Source: Acidobacteriota bacterium | GTDB taxonomy: Bacteria > Acidobacteriota > UBA890 > WLXD01 | Length of the DNA stretch: 64,000 bases | Assembly: GCA_965205505.1 (NCBI GenBank) | Contig: CBDBHB010000009.1 | Coordinates: forward strand, 832,001 to 896,000 | Direction of reading: 5' to 3' | Shown here: one piece after another, positions 8,558-17,553 of the stretch | Position numbering within the stretch: the first letter of the stretch is position 1 | How the letters are laid out: each line of letters begins with the position of its first letter | Translations under genes and position numbers: made by a program | Notes under the pieces: model-generated | Seen by the model: only the letters and a program-made list of their open reading frames with translations | Told to the model about the DNA's origin: nothing | Databases searched by the model: none

Positions 8558-9406
8558 ATGGACGGATCGATGCCAGACACCAAGCTCGCGACCCAGCCGG
8601 TGGGACTCCCCGGCTGGGCGCGGCGTCTGAAGGACTCCCGTCAGCGGCGTCGGTCCGAGCGACGGGCGGCGCGCCGGTGGGAACGTTCTGGTTCCGAGCG
8701 TCAGATCTCGCCAGCCGCTGGTACGGAAGCTTCTAGCAGAGTTATTCAGCACCCTGCTAGCCTCTGGCGCGAGCTTCTGACCGAGGTGCCAGAGGACGTG
8801 CATGTTGCCGGCGTCGTTGCCCGCGGCCTGCTCGTCCTGTTGCTCGCCAAGACTACGTGGTGGATGATCGGCAACTTCGAGATGGCCGCCATCGGGGCCA
8901 TCAGTCCGAATGCAGATCCTCCGACGCTCGTTTTTCGAGTTCTGTCGGGCGCTAACCTGATCTTCCACGAGGCGGGTCACGCGCTGTTCAGCGCCTGCGG
9001 CCGTTTCCTGCAGGTGCTCGGTGGCTCGTTGATGGAGATCTCGTTGCCGTGGATATGCGGCATGGCGCTGCTGTTCTCGCGCCGCGACACCTTCGGGGCC
9101 GCGGTAACGGCTTGGTGGGGCGGCGAGGCGCTCGTCGGGTTGGGTCCCTATATCTACGACGCGAGCGAGCAAGTGCAGCCGTTGCTCGGTGGTGTCATCG
9201 GGCAGGATCGCCCCGGCTATCACGACTGGAACAACCTGCTGTCGTGGACCGGGTTGCTGCGCTATGACCATGCCATCGCCGGGCTGGCGACGACAATCGG
9301 CTACGGGGTCATGTTGCTGGGACTTGCCTGGAGCTGCTGGCTGCTGCAGCGGCAGTTTCTGGCCAGCCGGGTGCCGTCAGTGGACGGTCTTGGAGCTCTC
9401 GACTGA
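8558..9406 (+). CDS. Membrane protein with HExxH motif (M50-like putative metalloprotease); start uncertain
   Basis: Several TM segments, NLIFHEAGH, LGGSL and HDWNNLL motifs. Confidence 0.75.
   Translation: MDGSMPDTKLATQPVGLPGWARRLKDSRQRRRSERRAARRWERSGSERQISPAAGTEASSRVIQHPASLWRELLTEVPEDVHVAGVVARGLLVLLLAKTTWWMIGNFEMAAIGAISPNADPPTLVFRVLSGANLIFHEAGHALFSACGRFLQVLGGSLMEISLPWICGMALLFSRRDTFGAAVTAWWGGEALVGLGPYIYDASEQVQPLLGGVIGQDRPGYHDWNNLLSWTGLLRYDHAIAGLATTIGYGVMLLGLAWSCWLLQRQFLASRVPSVDGLGALD
8733..8760. repeat. 28-bp CTAG-bounded micro-element inside the ORF (net 24 bp, in frame)
   Basis: ctagcag-agttattcagcacc-ctgctag: 7-bp inverted ends, duplicated CTAG, AT-richer than its context. Confidence 0.55.
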
Positions 9407-9760
9407 CGCGCCGTTCAGGAAGATGCGGCGCACCCGCGAGGTCATCAGCTCGCCCTCGGGCAAGCGCAACACCAGCTTGAAGCCCGGCATCACGAAGGCG
9501 CGTCGTAGCGCCGTTCCGGTTCCCGACAGGGTCGTTCCGAGTAGCCGCGCGGCAACGTGCTCGTTGATGAAGTTGCCACTGCCGCTGGCCTCGACCTCGC
9601 CGAGTTCCGGATCTACGAACGCCAGCGTGTAAACGCTGTGCGCCGTCTGTACCACCAGCTCGTCACCGGCGCGCAGCACGCGCGTGTCGAGGCCGTCGCG
9701 GTCATCGACCACGTCGAGCCCGTGCTCGGTTCCGAGCGAAGTGTGGATGCCAGTGTCCAT
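9377..9760 (-). CDS. Hypothetical protein, predicted beta-rich
   Basis: Protein-like composition (LVVQTAHSVYTL…ARLLGTT…LMTSRVRRI); ATG 9760 chosen. Confidence 0.65.
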   Translation of the reverse strand: MDTGIHTSLGTEHGLDVVDDRDGLDTRVLRAGDELVVQTAHSVYTLAFVDPELGEVEASGSGNFINEHVAARLLGTTLSGTGTALRRAFVMPGFKLVLRLPEGELMTSRVRRIFLNGASVESSKTVH

Positions 9761-9866
9761 AAGCCCCAGCTTAACCCGTGGCGCCGGTCCAGTGCTAAAG
9801 TCGGCCCTCACCGCCCCCGTGTTGTGAGACGGTCAGCCGCCGTATTCTGAACCGAACGGGCTGAAG

Positions 9867-11105
9867 ATGAAACACCTTACCGTGGTCGTCCTCGTGCTAG
9901 CCGCCGTCGGTAGCGGCGCTCCGATGGCGCGCGCCGACACGTTGATCGGTGGACAAACGGCCGGCGGCGCACATTACCTAATCACCGTTCCGGACAACTG
10001 GAACGGCAAGCTGGTGATCTGGAATCACGCCTTCACCTTGGAAGCGCCAGCGGCGTTCCCAGATCTCGGGCCGCTGGTCCAGGTACAGACCGGGCAGGGA
10101 TACGCGATCGCCGCCTCGAGCTACCGGTTGACCGGCTGGGCGGTATTCAAGACCGTGAAGGATCTGCGGGCCATGGTCGATGTGTTCCGCGCCAACTTCG
10201 GCGAGCCTAGCGAGATCATCGTCTACGGTGCCTCCCTCGGTGGCGTCGTCACCGCGCAGGCGATCGAGAAGGGGATCGGCGGCAACGTCGTGGCGGCCGG
10301 AATCTTGTGCGGGGCCGTCGCCGGTAGCCGTAATTGGGACGGTGCGCTCGACCTCCGACTCCTGTACGACAACATCTGCGGGGGCGTCGATGGTGCCGCG
10401 ATTCCCGGCGGTGCCGAGGGTCTCCCGAGCGTCACTACGCTGACGGAGATGGATGTCGAGGACCGACTCAACGCCTGTACTGGGCTGGACAAGAAGCCTT
10501 CGAAGCGCACCGCTGCCCAGAAGGCACGGCTGCGGGCGCTCCTCGACGCTGCTCAGTTGCCCACGGAGTTTATTTGGATCGGCCTGCGGTTATCGACCTT
10601 CGGGCTGGCCGATCTGACCCACGACCGCCAGAAAATGAAGGGCAAGGTGGGAGTCGGCAACGCCGCTGTGGACTACGACGACGCCGCCATCAACGCCTCG
10701 ATCGAGCGCGTCGACCCCAAGGGCGGCGCCGTACGCCGGCTCGCCAGGAACTACACCCCGACAGGTCGCGTCGACGATACCAAAGTCCTGGTGCTGCACA
10801 CTGACCTCGACGGCCAGGTAATCGTCGAGAATGCCGGTGAGTACGCCAAGGTCGTGCCCGCTGCGAGCCTGACCACACTGATCGTCGTCGAGGAGGAGCC
10901 CAGCCACTGTGGCTTCACGGCGGCCGAGGGTCTCGCATCGTGGGAGGCGCTACGCAACTGGGTGGATCTGGGAATCAAGCCGACCCCGACATCGGTGCAG
11001 TCGGAGTGCGAGGTGATCGTTAGCCTCGGTCTCGCCGAAGGTCCGTGTCGGATCGATCCAGACTTCGTGATCCCCGACATGGACGGGCGCATCCGGCCGC
11101 GTTGA
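9867..11105 (+). CDS. Secreted alpha/beta hydrolase
   Basis: Signal peptide; nucleophile elbow YGASLGG; candidate catalytic Asp (HTDLDG) and His (PSHCGF). Confidence 0.8.
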   Translation: MKHLTVVVLVLAAVGSGAPMARADTLIGGQTAGGAHYLITVPDNWNGKLVIWNHAFTLEAPAAFPDLGPLVQVQTGQGYAIAASSYRLTGWAVFKTVKDLRAMVDVFRANFGEPSEIIVYGASLGGVVTAQAIEKGIGGNVVAAGILCGAVAGSRNWDGALDLRLLYDNICGGVDGAAIPGGAEGLPSVTTLTEMDVEDRLNACTGLDKKPSKRTAAQKARLRALLDAAQLPTEFIWIGLRLSTFGLADLTHDRQKMKGKVGVGNAAVDYDDAAINASIERVDPKGGAVRRLARNYTPTGRVDDTKVLVLHTDLDGQVIVENAGEYAKVVPAASLTTLIVVEEEPSHCGFTAAEGLASWEALRNWVDLGIKPTPTSVQSECEVIVSLGLAEGPCRIDPDFVIPDMDGRIRPR

Positions 11106-11186
11106 GCTTTCGAACCGGCGGGTCGGGCGCGGCACGGTCGGCTGATCCCGGAACGGCTGATCGGAGCGCGGCTGTCAGCCCGTCAC

Positions 11187-11481
11187 TCAGCGTGGTGGCG
11201 CTAGGCGACGCAGCTCCTCGAAGCAGTTCACCACCACCTGCGCCAGCTCGACGTTGGGGGCATCCTCGGCGTCGCTGTCGGGAAACATCAGGAAGCGGCC
11301 GTCGGCGGTGACGTCGTAGTCGGTAAAGCCGCCGCCCGAGAGCGCCAACGCCGCCGGCAAGCAACTTGATGGCCACCTCGCGCTTGAGCGTCTCGTCGAG
11401 GGCGCGGAACACCTGTCCCATGCCGCCCTCGCCGAGCTTGGCGATGATGCGGTAGTGGTTCAGCTTGGAATCGATCCGCAT
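11187..11481 (-). pseudogene. Ser/Thr kinase-TolB-like beta-propeller gene reduced to its two ends
   Basis: Frame 1 reads HYRIIAKLGEGGMGQVFRALDETLKREVAIKL. After a 1-nt shift it reads LPAALA…YDVTADGRFLM…QVVVNCFEELRRLAPPR*, the typical C-terminus of kinase-propeller proteins. Confidence 0.85.
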
Positions 11482-11535
11482 GTGACCTTGTAGGCTCGCG
11501 CCGCGTAAGTTCCGTTCGTGTGCGCTGGCTGCATG

Positions 11536-13752
11536 CTACTCGCTGAAGATTCTGCCGAACAGCGCCCGCACCGGCTCGTGCCGCTTCACCACGATCACCG
11601 AGCACTTCGACCGGCGTGCCACCTCTTCGGGCATCGTCCCGAACAGTACCCTGGTGGTGAAGCTCTGGTGGGTCGCGCCCACGAAGATGGCGCCGTAGTT
11701 GGTGGACTCCGCGATAATCGCTCGGCTGGGCGAGCGGTGTCGAAGCACCTTGGTAGTCACTTCCTGCCCCTGATCCAGTCGCGCCTTGGCGTCCTCGAGG
11801 CGGGCGGTCTCTTGCTCCACGCGCGCCTCGGACTCGTCCGGAGACACCACCGCGCAGAGCGTCATCGAGGCGCCCTTAGAAGACGCGACCAACGCTGCGT
11901 AGTCCTCGGCGCGGGTCGCATGAATGCCGCCGTCGGTGGCCACCAGGATGGCCTCCTTCGGTCGCCGATCGGGTCCCAAGCGCACCATAATGATGTCGGT
12001 GGTGGCATGGTTGACGACATGATCTGTTATCTCGCCGAGGATGCGGCGTGCGGTCGACGTGCGGCCCTTCCAGCCGAGCACGATGAGCTTGGCGTTGCCC
12101 TGGTGCGCCGCCTCGAGGATTGCTCGTCCGGCATTGCGGCCGACCCTGACCTGCGAGCTCACCGGGATATCGAACGCCAGCGCCCGCTTGCGGCTAGCAG
12201 CCAGGATCTTCTCCTCGTGCTGCACGTACGCCTCGGCCAGGCGGGGTTGTAGCTGGTCGGGCACCAGCACCACTCGTAGTAGTACGATCTCGCCTTGTCG
12301 CGGTGCGGCAATCGCTCCGGCAAGGTCCACTAGGGCGTTCGCGGTGCCAGGGTTGGCGATTGGAACCAGCACCCGGAATGCCGACTCTTCCGGAGCCGAC
12401 CGTTCTGCGAGCAAGCGCGACGGCGTTTCCTCCGGGGCCTCGGTGACGAACTCGGTGCCCTTCCAAATCAGGAACCCGACGATTCCCGCCAACAGGGCCG
12501 CCCCGGCGAGCGCCACCGGGACGATGTGCCCCTGCAGCGGAATCTGCACCAGCAGATAGATGTTGGCGGCGATCCCGAGTGCTGGCAGCAGTGGCACGAG
12601 CGGAACCCGAAAAGGGCGCTCCAGGTCGGGGAACTGGCGTCGGTGGCGGATCAGCGCCACGTTGACCAGGGTGAGCGCGATCAACAGCACACAGTCGGCG
12701 AAATGCGCCAGGCTCTCGAGCGGCAGCGCCAACGCGAAGCCACCGATCGCCGCCCCCACCAGCACCAGGGCCACAATCGGCGTGCCGGTGCGGGCGTTGA
12801 TTGAGCCGATGCGGTGCGGCAGGTGGCGGCGGCGGCTCATTGACATGGCCACCCGGGAGCCGGCAATGATCGACGCGTTGGAGGCGGAGATCATCGAAAA
12901 AAGTGCGCCGAGTACGATCACCATGCCGCCTACCGGACCGAGAAACGCGCGTGCCGCGACGCCCATGGCCGATTCCGTGTACTCGGTCAGGTTCGCGGTC
13001 ACGATGACCAGGACTACGGCCGAGTACAGCACCGTGACGAAGATCATCGAGATGAAGATCGCGCGCGGCACGGTCTTGGTCGGATTGCGAACTTCGCCGG
13101 CTGATGCCGCAATGGCCGAGAAGCCGAAGAACGTGATGAACACCAGCGCGGCGGTGCTGGTGATCGCTCCCGGGTCGGTGCTGAACCGATCGCCGATCGT
13201 CTGCGTTTCGATCTGTGGCAGGCCTCCGGAGACGAACCACAGCAGCAGGATGATCTTGGCGGCGGTCACCACCACCTGGAACGTACCGCTCTCCTTGGTG
13301 CCCTTCAGGTTCAGCAACGTGAGGGCGGCGAGGAAGATCAGCCCGGCGAGCCTTTCGTAGGGCAGGTGCCAGATGAACTCGTTGAAATAGGTCGACAGGC
13401 TGGCGATGTAGAAGCCGCACGATGAGGTGTAACCGAGCAGCAGGCACCAGCCGACGAAATATGCTGTCGGCGGCGAGAACGTCTTGCGAGCGTAGAGGTA
13501 GCCTTCGCCCGACTGCGGGTAGATGGAGGCCAACTCGCAGTAGCTCAGCGCCGTCAGGCTGGCCACCAGGGCGGCCAGCAGAAACGACGCTATGGCGGCA
13601 GATCCGACGTAGCTGATCGCCAGGCCGGAGAGCGTGAAGATGCCCGCCGCGATCATCGTACCGGTGCCGATCGCCAGCGCGCTGATCAGCCCTAGATCGC
13701 GGCTCAGCTCGGCGTGAACTTGCCCATCGAGATGCGTGTCAGCTTCATCCAC
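11536..13752 (-). CDS. APC-family amino acid permease with C-terminal universal stress protein domains
   Basis: GTGTMIAAGIF, FITFFGF and RPFRVP motifs over ~12 TMs; VLVPIANP, LIVLGW, FGTMPEEV and VIVVK USP features. Confidence 0.92.
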   Translation of the reverse strand: MDEADTHLDGQVHAELSRDLGLISALAIGTGTMIAAGIFTLSGLAISYVGSAAIASFLLAALVASLTALSYCELASIYPQSGEGYLYARKTFSPPTAYFVGWCLLLGYTSSCGFYIASLSTYFNEFIWHLPYERLAGLIFLAALTLLNLKGTKESGTFQVVVTAAKIILLLWFVSGGLPQIETQTIGDRFSTDPGAITSTAALVFITFFGFSAIAASAGEVRNPTKTVPRAIFISMIFVTVLYSAVVLVIVTANLTEYTESAMGVAARAFLGPVGGMVIVLGALFSMISASNASIIAGSRVAMSMSRRRHLPHRIGSINARTGTPIVALVLVGAAIGGFALALPLESLAHFADCVLLIALTLVNVALIRHRRQFPDLERPFRVPLVPLLPALGIAANIYLLVQIPLQGHIVPVALAGAALLAGIVGFLIWKGTEFVTEAPEETPSRLLAERSAPEESAFRVLVPIANPGTANALVDLAGAIAAPRQGEIVLLRVVLVPDQLQPRLAEAYVQHEEKILAASRKRALAFDIPVSSQVRVGRNAGRAILEAAHQGNAKLIVLGWKGRTSTARRILGEITDHVVNHATTDIIMVRLGPDRRPKEAILVATDGGIHATRAEDYAALVASSKGASMTLCAVVSPDESEARVEQETARLEDAKARLDQGQEVTTKVLRHRSPSRAIIAESTNYGAIFVGATHQSFTTRVLFGTMPEEVARRSKCSVIVVKRHEPVRALFGRIFSE

Positions 13753-13784
13753 GGCGGCAAATCCTACAACTTCAGGGTATGAGG

Positions 13785-13797
13785 CACGGCCTGCTAG
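13785..13797 (+). repeat. Short solo element end cacggcctgctag overlapping the mscS stop
   Basis: 13-bp match to the family end; its CTA is the minus-strand TAG stop. Confidence 0.55.
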
Positions 13798-14873
13798 CTC
13801 GCGTCCGCGCTCGCTTCGACCGGCTGCGTGTAGATCGTCTGCGTGGGGAAGGCAAACTCGAGGCCTTCAGCGTTGAACCGCTCCAGGATGGCGAGGTTCA
13901 TCCGGGTCTGTGTCTCCGTCACATCGGCGCCGGCAAGGATGTAGTACTGAAACAGGATGTTCATGGCGAAGTCGCCGAAGGCGTTGAATGCGATCACTGG
14001 CTCACGGGCTTGCAGATCGGCGTTCTCGGCGGCGATCTCGCGCAGGATATCCATGGCGCGCTGCATCGCTTCCGGCCTGGTGTCGTAGGTGAGGCCGAGG
14101 TCGAGCTTGACGCGGCGCGACGGCTCTCGGCTGACGTTCTCCACTGGCGAGTTGGCGATCGTGGAGTTGGGGATCGTTACCTCGCGGCCGGCGAACGTCT
14201 GGATGCGCGTGCTGCGTAACCCGATCTCACGCACCGTGCCTTCGAAGCCACCCGCCTTGATCCAGTCGTTTGTACCGAAGGGCCGGTCGGTGAAGATCGT
14301 GAAGCCGCCGAAGACGTTCTTGACCGTGTCCTGCGCTGCCATCGCCAGCGCGAGGCCGCCGATGCCGAGGCCAGCGATCAACGCCGCCACGTCGTAGCCG
14401 GCGTTGTTGAGCGCCACGATGATGCCCAGCGACCAGATAATTGCTCTGCCGCCTTTGCGCACGATCGGCAGGAGCTGATCGTCGAGGTCGCTGTCGGTAT
14501 CCTGCACCAGAGGTTCGAGTGCCATGCGGATGAGGGTGTCGTAGATCCTCGCCGCCATCGCTGCGACCGACAGCATCATGACGATCTGGACGATGTTCCA
14601 CGCGGGCCCGAGCATGGCCTCGGGCAGCGTCAGGGTGCGGATTGCCACCCAGAGCCCCACGGCGGTTATCAGCACGACGACAGGCTTGTCGAGGATGTCG
14701 ACGAGCGCGTCGTCGAGCTCGGTGGCCGTGCGACGCGTTAGTCGCCGGACAACGTTGCCGAAGATCCAGTACACGACCTTGCCCACGACAAACGTCCCCA
14801 CCATGATGGTAAGCGCCATCGTCCACTGGTTGACGGTGTTGCCGTAGTAGGTCTGCGAGAGGAGGTCCTGCAT
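13794..14873 (-). CDS. mscS: MscS-family small-conductance mechanosensitive channel
   Basis: AGLGIGGLALAMAAQDTVKNVFGG, GTVREIGLRSTRI, VTIPNS and GLEFAFP motifs. Confidence 0.93.
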   Translation of the reverse strand: MQDLLSQTYYGNTVNQWTMALTIMVGTFVVGKVVYWIFGNVVRRLTRRTATELDDALVDILDKPVVVLITAVGLWVAIRTLTLPEAMLGPAWNIVQIVMMLSVAAMAARIYDTLIRMALEPLVQDTDSDLDDQLLPIVRKGGRAIIWSLGIIVALNNAGYDVAALIAGLGIGGLALAMAAQDTVKNVFGGFTIFTDRPFGTNDWIKAGGFEGTVREIGLRSTRIQTFAGREVTIPNSTIANSPVENVSREPSRRVKLDLGLTYDTRPEAMQRAMDILREIAAENADLQAREPVIAFNAFGDFAMNILFQYYILAGADVTETQTRMNLAILERFNAEGLEFAFPTQTIYTQPVEASADAS

Positions 14874-14995
14874 GGCTGTGCTCCGGGGGTCAGGCGCGGA
14901 TACGGCGGCGAGCCCACGCCGAGTTGTTCAAAGTGGTTTCAGCGCGACTCTAACCCGGAGCCTGCGGGGTCGTTGGTGTCTCGGCCGATGCGCTT

Positions 14996-15592
14996 TCAGG
15001 AAAGCGGACGGAGGAGGAACTGCTCCATGACGAAGCTCTCCAGCGGCGTGCCGGAAGGAGCGTAGCGCGCCACGTTTCGGAACTTCGGCCGGCCACCGCG
15101 CAACACTTGCGCTAACCAGCTGGGGCGTATTGCGGCGCGGTGTACCAGGTCGCCCGCCACATCCGCGTCCTTGGTGGCGTAGAGCTGGAACCAGGCCCGC
15201 GGGCCTGGCAGCTCGCCGATCTCTTCCATCTCCACAGTCGAAAGTGTGCTCAGGCAATACGGAATGCCGGCCCGCGCCGCTGCCGCCGCCAGAATCAGCT
15301 CGGCGCCGGGCCACATGAGCCCGCTGAGCCCGACCGGCGCGATACGGAATGGCAGCTCGTAGCGCTGTCCGAACAACTCCGTAGACAGCTCCAACGAGGT
15401 CACGTCGACCATGAACCGCGGTGTCAAGGTCACGGCGTCCAAGCGAGCGCGGTTGCGCGCGAGACACACCTCGCGCCCGGTGGCCCCCTGTAAGTAATCG
15501 AACGCGAAGCGCGGAATTCGCCGTTCGGCCGTGCGCGCCAGGTCCTCGATCGAGGGGTGACGCCGCATCAGGGGGCTGGGCGAGTAGTCCAT
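14996..15592 (-). pseudogene. Truncated, internally deleted FMN-dependent alpha-hydroxy-acid dehydrogenase (LldD-like)
   Basis: N-terminal motifs present (FAFDYLQGA, PFRIAPVG, WFQLY). The TVD segment and the C-terminal catalytic region (VSNHGGRQ, DSG) are missing. Confidence 0.8.
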
Positions 15593-15602
15593 CAGGCCAC
15601 CG

Positions 15603-16871
15603 CTACTCACCCCGCTTGACGACCGTACCGGCGAGCATGACGAACGAGACGTGTTCCGTCGCGCGAATGTCCTCCAGGGGGTTCCCCGGTACCGCGATCA
15701 GGTCGGCCAGTCGCCCGACTTGGATTGCACCGCGGTCGCTCACCCCGAGCACCGCGGCTGCTTCGATGGTGGCCGACTGTAACGCTGCCATCGGCTCCAT
15801 GCCACGCTCCACCAACACCGCGAACTCGCCGGCGTTGTCGCCGTGCGGGTATACGCCAGCATCGGTTCCGAAGCCGATCTTCACTCCGGCGGCGATCGCC
15901 TGGGCGAGGCTCTCGCGTGCCAGCGGCAAGATGCGCTCGGCCTTGGAGCGCAGCAGTGGTGGCAACGCGTCTAGATCGATGGCATCGATGAGGTAGGTGG
16001 TCGGTACGAGGTACGTACCCCGCGCCTTCATCAGCTCGATGGTCTCCGTATCGAGGATCGAGCCGTGCTCGATCGACGCCACGCCGGCCTGCACTGCGGC
16101 GCGGATTCCCTCGGTGCCGTGGGCGTGAGCTGCCACCTTGATATCGTGCCGCGCCGCCTCCTGCACCATCGCCTGCAGCTCTGCCAGGCTGTACTGCTGC
16201 GCGCCGACCGATTCCTCGAACGACAGTACGCCGGCGGTGGCGCACGTCTTGATGACCTTGGCGCCATGCTTGATCTGGTAGCGGACCGCCTTGACGACCT
16301 CGTCGGGACCATCGGCGATACCGTCCTTCCATGTGGTCTCGAGCACTCCCGGGGCGAAGCCGGTGACGTCGCAATGCCCGCCGGTGATGCCGATGGGATT
16401 ACGCGACGGAAACACGTGCGGTCCCGTCACCATGCCGGTCTCGACGGCGCGGGCGAGCGCCACGGTCACTTCGCCGCCGAAGTCGCGCACGGTGGTGAAG
16501 CCGGCGAGAACCGTCTTGCGTGCATTGGACGTGGCGCGGAAGGCCGCATCGACATCGGTTTCTCTTACCGCACGATTGAACGAGTCCGCGTCGATGTCGC
16601 CGCCTAGATGGGTGTGTAAGTCGATGAAGCCTGGCAGGAGCGTGACATCGCCGAGATCGATCACCTGCGCATCGGGAGGCAGCTGGCCGACCGCACTGAT
16701 GCGGCCGTTGACGATGGCGACAATGCCCGGTTCCACCATGCGTCCCTGTACGACGTCGAGCATGCGGGCGGCGCGCAGCACGACGGTTGTGTTGTCCTGT
16801 GCCAGGCCGACGCTGGGATGGACCAGCAGCGGCAATGTGATCAGCAGTACGAGGCGGCTCAAGAAACGCAT
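15603..16871 (-). CDS. Secreted amidohydrolase (Xaa-Pro dipeptidase-like)
   Basis: LPGFIDLHTH, AGFTTVRD, VAAHAHG, SIEHG and FGTDAG motifs; AGGAG RBS before ATG 16871; signal peptide. Confidence 0.92.
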   Translation of the reverse strand: MRFLSRLVLLITLPLLVHPSVGLAQDNTTVVLRAARMLDVVQGRMVEPGIVAIVNGRISAVGQLPPDAQVIDLGDVTLLPGFIDLHTHLGGDIDADSFNRAVRETDVDAAFRATSNARKTVLAGFTTVRDFGGEVTVALARAVETGMVTGPHVFPSRNPIGITGGHCDVTGFAPGVLETTWKDGIADGPDEVVKAVRYQIKHGAKVIKTCATAGVLSFEESVGAQQYSLAELQAMVQEAARHDIKVAAHAHGTEGIRAAVQAGVASIEHGSILDTETIELMKARGTYLVPTTYLIDAIDLDALPPLLRSKAERILPLARESLAQAIAAGVKIGFGTDAGVYPHGDNAGEFAVLVERGMEPMAALQSATIEAAAVLGVSDRGAIQVGRLADLIAVPGNPLEDIRATEHVSFVMLAGTVVKRGE

Positions 16872-17045
16872 CAGATCTCCTAGGAGACGGCAGGGCATGG
16901 ATGTTTGACCCGGAAGCATACTCCCGTGCGACGCGGTCGAGGCTCCCTGCGGTGTTGCCATGGCCCGAGGCCTCAGACTACCGTTGGCTCCGCCTTCGCC
17001 AGGCGCTCTGTCCTCCACCCCGCGGAACGAAACTCGGTAGGAACG

Positions 17046-17543
17046 ATGATGAAACGACTCCGTATGTCCGGTCTGTGCTCAATCCTGGCGGGCATCGCGG
17101 TCATCCTTCCCGCCAGCGCCCAGGAAGCGCTCGATGACCACGCCCGGGTGCAGGCGATCGCCGAGGCCGCGCTCGAGGCAATCAGCAACGAGGACATGAT
17201 CGCCTTCACGGATCTCATGGTCGACGACGCGATCACGGTCAGCATCGCCGAGCGCGACGGCGAGGTTCGCTACTCGGTGCGGAGCCGGGCCGAGTCGCGG
17301 GCCAGGAACCCGCAGGCCGACATTCTCGAGCGCGGCTTCGACCCGGAAATCTCGATCTCGGGGCCCGTCGCCATGGTCTGGCTGCCCTATGACCTGTACG
17401 TCGACGGGGAGTGGTCCCATTGCGGTGTGGACACGTTTACCCTCGTACATACCGAGGCCGGCTGGCGCATCGCTTCGATGGCTTGGAGCGTCGAACAACC
17501 ACCGGCCTGCCAGCCGCATCCGGACGGCCCACCCGGAAACTAG
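17046..17543 (+). CDS. Secreted NTF2/SnoaL-like protein
   Basis: Signal peptide; AMVWLPYDLYVDGEWSHCGVDTFTLV…GWRIAS motif. Confidence 0.8.
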   Translation: MMKRLRMSGLCSILAGIAVILPASAQEALDDHARVQAIAEAALEAISNEDMIAFTDLMVDDAITVSIAERDGEVRYSVRSRAESRARNPQADILERGFDPEISISGPVAMVWLPYDLYVDGEWSHCGVDTFTLVHTEAGWRIASMAWSVEQPPACQPHPDGPPGN

Positions 17544-17553
17544 GAGGGAGCGC

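Noticed and set aside
11350-11370. Programmed frameshift in the kinase remnant
   Set aside because: No slippery sequence, and the shifted product would still lack the kinase core.
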